A DNA stretch of 32,000 nt from Rhizobium phage RHEph06. Under the pieces are notes generated by a model, which saw nothing but the letters and a program-made list of their open reading frames with translations, was not told the DNA's origin and searched no databases. Shown in pieces: positions 25,735 through 32,000 of the stretch. The translations under genes were made by a program, and so were the position numbers. The stretch lies in sequence record JX483878.1; one strand, given 5' to 3'. The first letter of the stretch is position 1. Each line of letters opens with the position of its first letter.

Positions 25735-25763
25735 GTTATCTCACAAAACGAAAAGGGCTGCAA
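25735..25763 (-). promoter_or_regulatory. Promoter-like element TTGCAG-N17-GATAAC
   Basis: gttatc 25735-25740 and ctgcaa 25758-25763 on the + strand. Confidence 0.6.
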
Positions 25764-25765
25764 CC

Positions 25766-26020
25766 TCAAAAAGGTATATCCCCGATGTCCTCATGACCTG
25801 GGCAACCGGCGACGATGACCGAGGCAGGCGGGGTCGCGTTGAACTGCTTGCAAACGGCCGGCCCCTCTGTGGTCATATATCGGCAGTTCGCGCAATTCTT
25901 GAAAATCGCCGTGGGGCCATTCGAGCACAACCACCTGTTGAGCAACTCGCTCAGGTGGTTATTTGAGGAAATGGCATCATCTGTAAGAGGTTCACGGACG
26001 CGGAAGGGAAAGTCAGACAT
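25766..26020 (-). CDS. Hypothetical Cys-containing protein
   Basis: Internal ATG (MSDFPFRVREPL...) preceded by AAAAGGAACCCGAGA. Contains NCANCRYM...VCKQF...AGCPGH, a possible metal-binding arrangement. Confidence 0.45.
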   Translation of the reverse strand: MSDFPFRVREPLTDDAISSNNHLSELLNRWLCSNGPTAIFKNCANCRYMTTEGPAVCKQFNATPPASVIVAGCPGHEDIGDIPF

Positions 26021-27695
26021 TCTCGGGTTCCTTTTCAAAGAGGTGCATGAGGATCTCAGGATATTTAGTATTTACCCAGACTCTTATCTGGTTCGGGACT
26101 TTCAATTCTCCTATGAGCGGAATGACTTCGTCAATCAAAGTCGGAGGTTCTGAATGATGTCTTTCCCGCCACCATTTGTGTGCTTTGTGTCGGATGCCAC
26201 CCTCATGTTGTAAGCAGACGTACTCGGTGAAGCGACGGGCACCACAGAAGTATGAGACTTTGAGCGAGGGGGTTTTGCCCGGGCGAACGTGCGGCGCATA
26301 GGTGACGTTATCAACGTTGAAAACCTCGACCTGGGGTTGGGGCGGGGCGGCGATCAACACCGCGGTCGATGCTTGTGGCGTGATCTTTTCTTGAAACGTG
26401 AACTCGGTTCCGCAGTTGAGGCAGACCCGGGCGCTGATATGCGCCATGCAGCCGCACTCGGTGCAGCACTTAATCGGGATCTCGCCCGTGCCTTTGCCCT
26501 TCTTACCTGGGATGCGGGGATCGTTGATCGGTCCCAGGCGCTGGGTATTGCCGGCAAAGTCAAGCACAAGGCAGTTTTGCTTTGGCCCTGCCGCGATGGC
26601 TGCAAAGCGACCCTCGACAGTCTCGAGATCGAACGCGTCGCCGGGGTTGAAATAGAAGGGGCGCGTACCGCGGCCAAGGATTTGGACGTGCAGCACTACC
26701 GAGCTGGTTGGGCGCAAAAGAACGATGCAATCGAGTGCAGGGAAATCGAACCCCTTGGTGAGCACGTCGGCGTTAACTAGCGCACGGATCTTGCCGGATT
26801 TGAAGTCGGCGATATTGGTATCGCGGTCGCCGTCAATCGCAGGATCCATTTTCGAATGGACACCAGCGGCCGGGATGCCCATGTACTTGAGCATCTTCAC
26901 GATCATGCGGACGTGATCGATGCCGGTTGCAAAGATCAACCAATGATTGCGCCGATACGCCTTGGAGGCGGTTTCCTGTAACGCCTTCCAGGTCAAATCT
27001 TCCTTGACGACCGCGGCTTGCAATTCGTTCTCAACGAACTCGCCGCCGCGCATGTGAACACCGGACACGTCGAGCTCATTATCGGTCGGCATCGGGATGA
27101 GGGGTGAAAGATACCCTTCATCGAGCAGGCGATTGAACGCGTGAAGCCCCGTCACGTCATAGGCGACGTCAGTTAGGATGCCTCCGTCCGTTATCATGCC
27201 GAGGCCCAGGCGATAGGGCGTCGCCGACAGACCGCAGAAGATGAGATTCGGATTGATTTCTTTGAGCTTGAAAAGGAATTTCTTGTACGTCGCGTTCTCG
27301 TTGGGCGAGATCATCTGGCATTCGTCAATGAATGCGACGTCTTGGTGCCCGAACCGCTCGGCATCCTTTGCGGCCGATTGGATGCCAGCAAAAGTTATCG
27401 GTTGATAGGCGACCTTTTGCTTGAGGCCTGCTGAATAGATCCCGATTGGCGCTTGAGGCCAAACCGAGCGCATGGCATTCGAGTTTTGCCCGACCAGCTC
27501 TTTCACGTCGACCAAGTTGATGACGCGCTGGTTGGGCGACATGTGAAAAATGGAACGGGTAATCATCGCCGGGATCACCGATTTGCCTGTGCCCGTGGGC
27601 AAGGCAAGGACAGGATGCTTGTCCTGGCCCCATGTCGCCTTAACGAAGTTGAAGAACGCATCGTGCGCTTCAACCTGATAATACCTTGGTTTCAT
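26013..27695 (-). CDS. SF2 DNA/RNA helicase with C-terminal zinc-ribbon-like segment
   Basis: Walker A LALPTGTGKSV, Walker B-like VAFIDECQ, motif III LSATPYR, HVQILGRGTRPF, CCTECGCMAHISARVCLNCG. Confidence 0.88.
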   Translation of the reverse strand: MKPRYYQVEAHDAFFNFVKATWGQDKHPVLALPTGTGKSVIPAMITRSIFHMSPNQRVINLVDVKELVGQNSNAMRSVWPQAPIGIYSAGLKQKVAYQPITFAGIQSAAKDAERFGHQDVAFIDECQMISPNENATYKKFLFKLKEINPNLIFCGLSATPYRLGLGMITDGGILTDVAYDVTGLHAFNRLLDEGYLSPLIPMPTDNELDVSGVHMRGGEFVENELQAAVVKEDLTWKALQETASKAYRRNHWLIFATGIDHVRMIVKMLKYMGIPAAGVHSKMDPAIDGDRDTNIADFKSGKIRALVNADVLTKGFDFPALDCIVLLRPTSSVVLHVQILGRGTRPFYFNPGDAFDLETVEGRFAAIAAGPKQNCLVLDFAGNTQRLGPINDPRIPGKKGKGTGEIPIKCCTECGCMAHISARVCLNCGTEFTFQEKITPQASTAVLIAAPPQPQVEVFNVDNVTYAPHVRPGKTPSLKVSYFCGARRFTEYVCLQHEGGIRHKAHKWWRERHHSEPPTLIDEVIPLIGELKVPNQIRVWVNTKYPEILMHLFEKEPENV

Positions 27696-27904
27696 AGGGA
27701 CGATGTTACCCCGATGACCTTGACAACGCCGTGCCTAGGCGCCGGATTTCCCACCGTCTTCCAAGGCTTGACCTCCATAAAATGAGTCCCATCGTGCAGA
27801 CGTCGAACCTCTTTCGAGATATCTTCGTCCATTTGCGCGATATCGGGAAAACGCTGGAATCGCTGTTCCAATTCGAGGGGTCCTCGATACGATACGAAAA
27901 GCAT
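27692..27904 (-). CDS. Hypothetical protein
   Basis: 70 aa, ATGA overlap with the helicase start. Preferred over the alternative overlapping frames. Confidence 0.35.
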   Translation of the reverse strand: MLFVSYRGPLELEQRFQRFPDIAQMDEDISKEVRRLHDGTHFMEVKPWKTVGNPAPRHGVVKVIGVTSSL

Positions 27905-27907
27905 AGA

Positions 27908-28060
27908 TCACCTGTTGAGCATCTGAAAACAAGCATCGTGCGAATAGCCCGCACGTTCGCAACGCTCTTGGTCAGGTCCGAAAATCGCGCTAAGCGTTAC
28001 CCAAACCAGAGCTATCATGAGGGCGGTCAAAAGCGCGGGGAAAGCGAAGATTTTAAACAT
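27908..28060 (-). CDS. Small membrane protein, 50 aa, not in the ORF track
   Basis: Hand translation MFKIFAFPALLTALMIALVWVTLSAIFGPDQERCERAGYSHDACFQMLNR*. Leader TAAGGAACCCCAATTG. Confidence 0.5.
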   Translation of the reverse strand: MFKIFAFPALLTALMIALVWVTLSAIFGPDQERCERAGYSHDACFQMLNR

Positions 28061-28073
28061 CAATTGGGGTTCC

Positions 28074-29117
28074 TTAGTCGGTTATGACGCTGTAACTATC
28101 GCATCCTTCCAGGATATTAGCACTGGGGATTATCGCATTCCATTGTCCGCATCGCCATTGACCATCCTCGACAGGGACGGCATGTTTGCAGTTACGGCAA
28201 TTCTTCTCGAGAGGCGCCGAGTAGTGACATTGTTTCGCATAATCACAAAACTTGCACTCATGCCATGAGGGGTGCTTGCCGACACGCGGCGGCAGGGTGC
28301 GGGCATGAATGACACGCGCCGCACGCTCGAGCAGCTTCGGCCCCTCGGCGGGATCGTACTCAACGACCTCGATCCAAAGGTCATCATCGTTCTTGTTAAC
28401 GGCGACGTAAACCGCATACCGCAATCCCTTCTTGTGCATGTAGATTTGCATCTGCGCCCAATGGATCGGCTTTGCGACCTTGACGCCTTCGGCAACGAGT
28501 TTGCAAAACGACTTGGTGTTGTGCGTCTTGAACTCGAGCAGGAATTCCGTGCCGGCTGGGATGAACTTGAGGCTCGGGCTTTGAAGCAAGGATTCTATCG
28601 AGGTCCCAACGTCCACAGGAATGTCAAAAGGTGCATCCGCGATGCCGTCGAGCGACCCACCAAAGTGCCCCTCGACATCCGAGATCCGCCACTGTTTGAG
28701 CTCGACGCCTTTTTCCTTAGCCCGGCGTCTATGAAACTCATCCTCGGTTACGTCGTCACAAAGTGCTTCGATCTCAGGTTCATCGGGAGCACTGAATTTG
28801 CCACGCCACGGAATTGTCATGTAAGAATCGGATTCCGGGTGGTACATTAGGCATTCGCTGTACTCCCGCACGTTCATACCGATCATGCGCAAGAAGTTGA
28901 CAAAGCGAAATTCTTCCTTGTGACCCCGCTCGAAAAGGCGAAGCATGCGCCCGTCAAAGCTGGGGCGAACCGACCAACGGAATGAGTACATCAATTCCCG
29001 CTCGCAGGTCTTGCCGATCATCGAGCCGCCTAGGTGGTTACGGAACGGCGGTTCTTTCGCGGCTTCCTTTTGGTAGGCGGCGTCAATGCGGTCAACGATT
29101 GCGTGCTTCAAAACCAT
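28074..29117 (-). CDS. PD-(D/E)XK / Cas4-like nuclease
   Basis: 347 aa; GGSLDGIAD, FLLEFKTHNTKSF, AQMQIYMHKKGL, and C-terminal CKFCDYAKQCH...CRNCKH. Confidence 0.75.
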   Translation of the reverse strand: MVLKHAIVDRIDAAYQKEAAKEPPFRNHLGGSMIGKTCERELMYSFRWSVRPSFDGRMLRLFERGHKEEFRFVNFLRMIGMNVREYSECLMYHPESDSYMTIPWRGKFSAPDEPEIEALCDDVTEDEFHRRRAKEKGVELKQWRISDVEGHFGGSLDGIADAPFDIPVDVGTSIESLLQSPSLKFIPAGTEFLLEFKTHNTKSFCKLVAEGVKVAKPIHWAQMQIYMHKKGLRYAVYVAVNKNDDDLWIEVVEYDPAEGPKLLERAARVIHARTLPPRVGKHPSWHECKFCDYAKQCHYSAPLEKNCRNCKHAVPVEDGQWRCGQWNAIIPSANILEGCDSYSVITD

Positions 29118-29142
29118 TTCGGGGTTCCTTCAAAAAGAAAAA

Positions 29143-29164
29143 GGGCGTCGAGTTACCGACGCCC
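29143..29164 (-). terminator. Rho-independent terminator
   Basis: gggcgtcg 29143-29150 and cgacgccc 29157-29164. The - strand continues TTTTTCTTTTTG. Confidence 0.8.
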
Positions 29165-29182
29165 CAGGTCGCTCAGCCGCCG

Positions 29183-29704
29183 CTAAACGTTGAGGTAGGG
29201 ATTAACCATCTGCCGCTCGCCGCGTGCTTTGTAGAGCAGGAAAATGACGACAGCGGCGACCAGCTTGGAAAGCACCATGAGGACGAAGGTCCCTGTGGTA
29301 AAGTTCTGAATGCCGAGCAGGAAAACCGCGGTGTCGATGGGGGTCGAGACGAGCGACGAGATGAGCACGCGATGGTGGAAAGGCTTCTTCGTGAACGAGT
29401 AAAGAAGATAATCCGCCACCTCGGAGGTGATGAACGCCAGCGCCGAGGCAATGGCGACGAATGGGTCGGCGAGTAGGTAGGATGCGACGGTCGCGGCGAG
29501 CATGGCGACGAGAACAAAGTGCCCCGACTGGCGCTGGGCGAAGTCGCGAATGACGAAGACGGCGCCGACGACAAACGCCATGGGCGACAGGAGGCCGAAG
29601 TCGGTCGGAATCAACGGGACGTAGGAAAAGCCGATGTTGACCATGACGACGGACGCCACGTAGAGAAGGACAGCGGGTGCAAGCAGTTTCGAAAAGATGC
29701 GCAT
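29183..29704 (-). CDS. yhhQ: VUT/YhhQ-family queuosine precursor transporter
   Basis: 173 aa polytopic protein; VASVVMVNIGFSYVPLIP, GAVFVIRDFAQRQ, ASALAFITSEVADYLLYS, LVSTPIDTAVFL. Confidence 0.85.
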   Translation of the reverse strand: MRIFSKLLAPAVLLYVASVVMVNIGFSYVPLIPTDFGLLSPMAFVVGAVFVIRDFAQRQSGHFVLVAMLAATVASYLLADPFVAIASALAFITSEVADYLLYSFTKKPFHHRVLISSLVSTPIDTAVFLLGIQNFTTGTFVLMVLSKLVAAVVIFLLYKARGERQMVNPYLNV

Positions 29705-29737
29705 TTCGGATGCTCCGTTGGTTTTGAATTGAAAGGT

Positions 29738-29776
29738 CCCCTGTCGGCGCTTGGGAGGAGGAATGGCCGACAGGGG
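29738..29776. repeat. Perfect 11-bp hairpin stem, hairpin B before the transporter gene
   Basis: cccctgtcggc 29738-29748 and gccgacagggg 29766-29776. Confidence 0.9.
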
Positions 29777-29779
29777 TAC

Positions 29780-29815
29780 TAAACAGGGTCGAGGGGTGGG
29801 AGGAGGCCCTGTTTA
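29780..29815. repeat. Perfect 9-bp hairpin stem, hairpin A (possible terminator of the DUF669-like gene)
   Basis: taaacaggg 29780-29788 and ccctgttta 29807-29815. Confidence 0.9.
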
Positions 29816-29817
29816 GA

Positions 29818-30480
29818 TTACTGTTGTGCCCAGGAGGGGGCGGCGGTAGGCGCGGCCGCTGCGGGCTGTGCCCAGTTCGGCGCGGCGCCGGTCGGTGCGG
29901 GCTGCGGGGGCTGTTGAGCAGGTGCGGCCGGTTGGGTTTGCGGCGGCTGTTGCTGATACTGAGGCTGGGGGGCTGGCGCCGGCTGTTGCTGCTGGGGTTG
30001 CTGTTGTGCCCATCCCGGCTGGGCCGAGGGGTTGGCGACGGTGCCCGAGAAGCCCGGGTCGTTGCCGTTGACGTCCTTGTAGCCCTTGACTTCGTTTGTC
30101 ATCTGATCCGGGCGGTCATCGCGAGGGATCTTCGAAACGACGGCTTGGAACGGACGCCCGTGCAGCTGTACCGTGTCGGTCATATTGAGGACACCGGTGA
30201 CGTGGCAGATGGCGGACAGTGTCGCATAGGCGATATCGACCGCGGTCTGGTTCGGGTTGCGGATGTTGAGGCGGTCGAAGATCTTGCGGTTGGCGAACTC
30301 GCCGCCCTGCACCGTCATCTCGACCTCGATATAAGAACCCTGACCACTTTTGGTCGGCTTTTCTTCAGTCTTGGTGATGATGACGGGGTAGAGGCCCGAT
30401 GGGATCGCCTCGAGAGCGACATTGGGCTTCACAGTGGAGGCATTAAAGTTAATGGCGACCATGTCGGTCAATTCCTTCAA
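29818..30480 (-). CDS. DUF669-like / ssDNA-binding-associated protein with Pro/Gln-rich tail (start may be MVAINF at 30462)
   Basis: 220 aa; INFNASTVKPNVALEAIPSGLYPVIITKTEEKPTKSGQGSYIEVEMTVQGGEFANRKIFDRLNIRNPN... Confidence 0.7.
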   Translation of the reverse strand: MKELTDMVAINFNASTVKPNVALEAIPSGLYPVIITKTEEKPTKSGQGSYIEVEMTVQGGEFANRKIFDRLNIRNPNQTAVDIAYATLSAICHVTGVLNMTDTVQLHGRPFQAVVSKIPRDDRPDQMTNEVKGYKDVNGNDPGFSGTVANPSAQPGWAQQQPQQQQPAPAPQPQYQQQPPQTQPAAPAQQPPQPAPTGAAPNWAQPAAAAPTAAPSWAQQ

Positions 30481-30573
30481 GTTTGGGTTCAGGGTGCACA
30501 GTTGGGTTCAGGGTTAACTTGTTCCAACTATTCGAGATTTTGCGCTGGGCTTGTGCTCAGCGCAAGTGGTTTC

Positions 30574-31275
30574 TTAGGCGCCAACAGCGCCGTTAATTTT
30601 GTTGATGATGTACCCGAGATCCGGGCGCTCGATGGGATCGAGGACGCCGGAGCGGTCCTTTGCATCGGTCATGAAATCAGGCTGACACAACAAGCGGCGA
30701 TAGGCGTTTTGGCCCGTGCCCTCGATATCCAATTGGAACACCTCATCCGGGAAATAAGGCATCGCCTGGCCCAGCTTGTTCCCGGGCATCATCGGGACAT
30801 TCATGACGACCCCTGTGGTCTCGTTTTTCATGCGCTCCTGCTTGGCGCTCATGTAAACGTGATACCCGGCAATGTCGCGGAATTCTTTGATGATCTTGTG
30901 CATATCATCAATCATCTCGCCGTAGGCCATGCGGCCGTCTTTGACTTTCGCCTTCTTGTCGGCAAGCACGACCTCGGCGATCTCGGAAATCGAATCCAGG
31001 CAAAGCGTTTGAAAGTTTTGCCGGCACTCAGCTGAGGATTTGGCCCATTGATAGTAGTCGCGCAAATCGTTCATATTGCGGACTTCCAGGTAAGGCAGGT
31101 TGTCGCGCGCCAAGGTCAGGAGACCCGATTCTGCGGACATGATAATCGGGTTCGGGCAGGTTCGGCAGAGCGTCGTCTTGCCGCGGCCGGCGAGGCCATA
31201 AACGAGAATCTTGACCCCGTTCTTCGCACCGAATCCTTGGGTGGATTGGATGCGGGACATCATGCTCTGGCTCAT
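30574..31275 (-). CDS. P-loop ATPase, Sak4-like recombinase family
   Basis: 233 aa; KILVYGLAGRGKTTLCRTCPNPIIMSAESGLLTL, FQTLCLDSISEIAE. Confidence 0.75.
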   Translation of the reverse strand: MSQSMMSRIQSTQGFGAKNGVKILVYGLAGRGKTTLCRTCPNPIIMSAESGLLTLARDNLPYLEVRNMNDLRDYYQWAKSSAECRQNFQTLCLDSISEIAEVVLADKKAKVKDGRMAYGEMIDDMHKIIKEFRDIAGYHVYMSAKQERMKNETTGVVMNVPMMPGNKLGQAMPYFPDEVFQLDIEGTGQNAYRRLLCQPDFMTDAKDRSGVLDPIERPDLGYIINKINGAVGA

Positions 31276-31523
31276 GCGACCTTCCGAAGTGGCTTCATGT
31301 AGATCATACGACCGAGCTCGTCATAGTGGGGATCGTACCCCTCGATTTCTATCCACAGAGTGGTGGGTGACGTTGTGCCGCCGCTGTTTGAGCGCAGGCC
31401 GATAAAGCCGCCGCCCTTCTTCGCGTAGACGAAGTTGTTGCGCTCATAAGCGTCAACCTGGGTATAGACCCCGTTGGTATTGAGGATGACAATCACATCC
31501 TCCAGTTTACGAAACAGCGCCAT
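31272..31523 (-). CDS. Hypothetical protein
   Basis: Internal ATG (MALFRKLEDVIVILNTNGVYTQ...) preceded by strong RBS AGGAGG. ATGA overlap with the Sak4-like gene. Confidence 0.55.
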   Translation of the reverse strand: MALFRKLEDVIVILNTNGVYTQVDAYERNNFVYAKKGGGFIGLRSNSGGTTSPTTLWIEIEGYDPHYDELGRMIYMKPLRKVA

Positions 31524-31698
31524 TGTGAGGCCTCCTGTAGTGATTGGTTCCACGCTCAAGAACGTGAAGCTTGCCGTCTGGATAAGCAACACAGAATTTG
31601 TGTTCTCGCACTTCGCTAACGACTGCCGGGTTCCAGATGTACCCGTCATGAGTTGCAAAGCGCACTTCGATTTTGTCACCTGGGGCGAGATCTTTCAT
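31507..31698 (-). CDS. Hypothetical small protein
   Basis: 63 aa: MKDLAPGDKIEVRFATHDGYIWNPAVVSEVREHKFCVAYPDGKLHVLE (SH3/KOW-like barrel look). Confidence 0.45.
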   Translation of the reverse strand: MKDLAPGDKIEVRFATHDGYIWNPAVVSEVREHKFCVAYPDGKLHVLERGTNHYRRPHNGAVS

Positions 31699-31877
31699 TT
31701 GAGGTCATATCCTTTTTCATGAGCTTCTCTTTTCCAACCATTGATCTCCTCAACAGTTGCTTTTATGTAAGTCTCAAGAAGGGCAAGCTCTTTGCGATAA
31801 CGCGCAAGGTGTTTGCGTTCGCCATCTAAGCAGGCTTGAGCGTATTGACGCTCCTCGGCGGTTGCACCATCACGCAT
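31695..31877 (-). CDS. Hypothetical small protein
   Basis: 60 aa, ATGA overlap with the next gene. Confidence 0.4.
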   Translation of the reverse strand: MRDGATAEERQYAQACLDGERKHLARYRKELALLETYIKATVEEINGWKREAHEKGYDLK

Positions 31878-32000
31878 TGTATTTCTTGACCTTGTTTTGA
31901 GGGCGAAGCTCGAGCTCGGGCGTGCCGGGCTTTGCGGTCAGGGCCGGGGCGAGCAACAGTTGATCTTCGGCCGACAGCTTTTCCCAGGCGCCGTCGCGGA
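31870..32000 (-). CDS. C-terminal part of a CDS running past the window edge
   Basis: Frame open from the edge: ...RDGAWEKLSAEDQLLLAPALTAKPGTPELELRPQNKVKKYNA*. Confidence 0.4.
   Translation of the reverse strand, partial: RDGAWEKLSAEDQLLLAPALTAKPGTPELELRPQNKVKKYNA

Noticed and set aside
28074-29117. Cas4-like nuclease as evidence of a CRISPR system
   Set aside because: No cas1/cas2 or repeat-spacer array seen in the window. The gene sits with phage replication/recombination genes, where such nucleases are common.
29824-31035. 403-aa + strand ORF, N-terminus Gly/Arg/Cys/Leu-rich
   Set aside because: Mirror of the Pro/Gln-rich tail of the DUF669-like gene and of the Sak4-like ATPase.

Overview
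The window looks like a contiguous piece of a myovirus-type phage or prophage of a proteobacterium, probably an alphaproteobacterium (host is inference). Positions 1-13303 on the + strand hold the tail and baseplate module (DUF3383-like sheath, tube, tail assembly chaperone with a likely -1 frameshift, tape measure, Dit-like, plug, hub, gp138-like spike, gp25-like, J-like, DUF2612-like, fibre genes), then GH19 endolysin, holin candidate and overlapping Rz/Rz1-type spanins. From about 13215 to 32000 the genes run on the - strand: family B DNA polymerase, beta-clamp-like protein, SF2 helicase, PD-(D/E)XK/Cas4-like nuclease, DUF669-like protein and Sak4-like ATPase. The same strand carries a near-complete 7-deazaguanine DNA-modification cassette: TGT/DpdA-like transglycosylase, FolE, QueD, QueC, QueE, plus a distant YhhQ-type queuosine-precursor transporter. 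The most notable observations are: this cassette with atypical QueC (all four zinc cysteines replaced) and QueD (zinc site altered); a T TTT TTC slippery site in the tail chaperone; four dispersed proteins sharing an 'N-x-[AS]-T-A-x-T-Q-Y-x-[KR]-W' module; a recurrent early promoter (TTGnnn-N17-GATAAC); a recurrent extended ribosome-binding leader (AAGGAACCCC); a perfect promoter-embedded inverted repeat that could hide a ribosome-binding site in read-through transcripts; and twin hairpins with identical loop decamers before the transporter gene. Family names come from recognition of motifs in the supplied translations. No database search was run.
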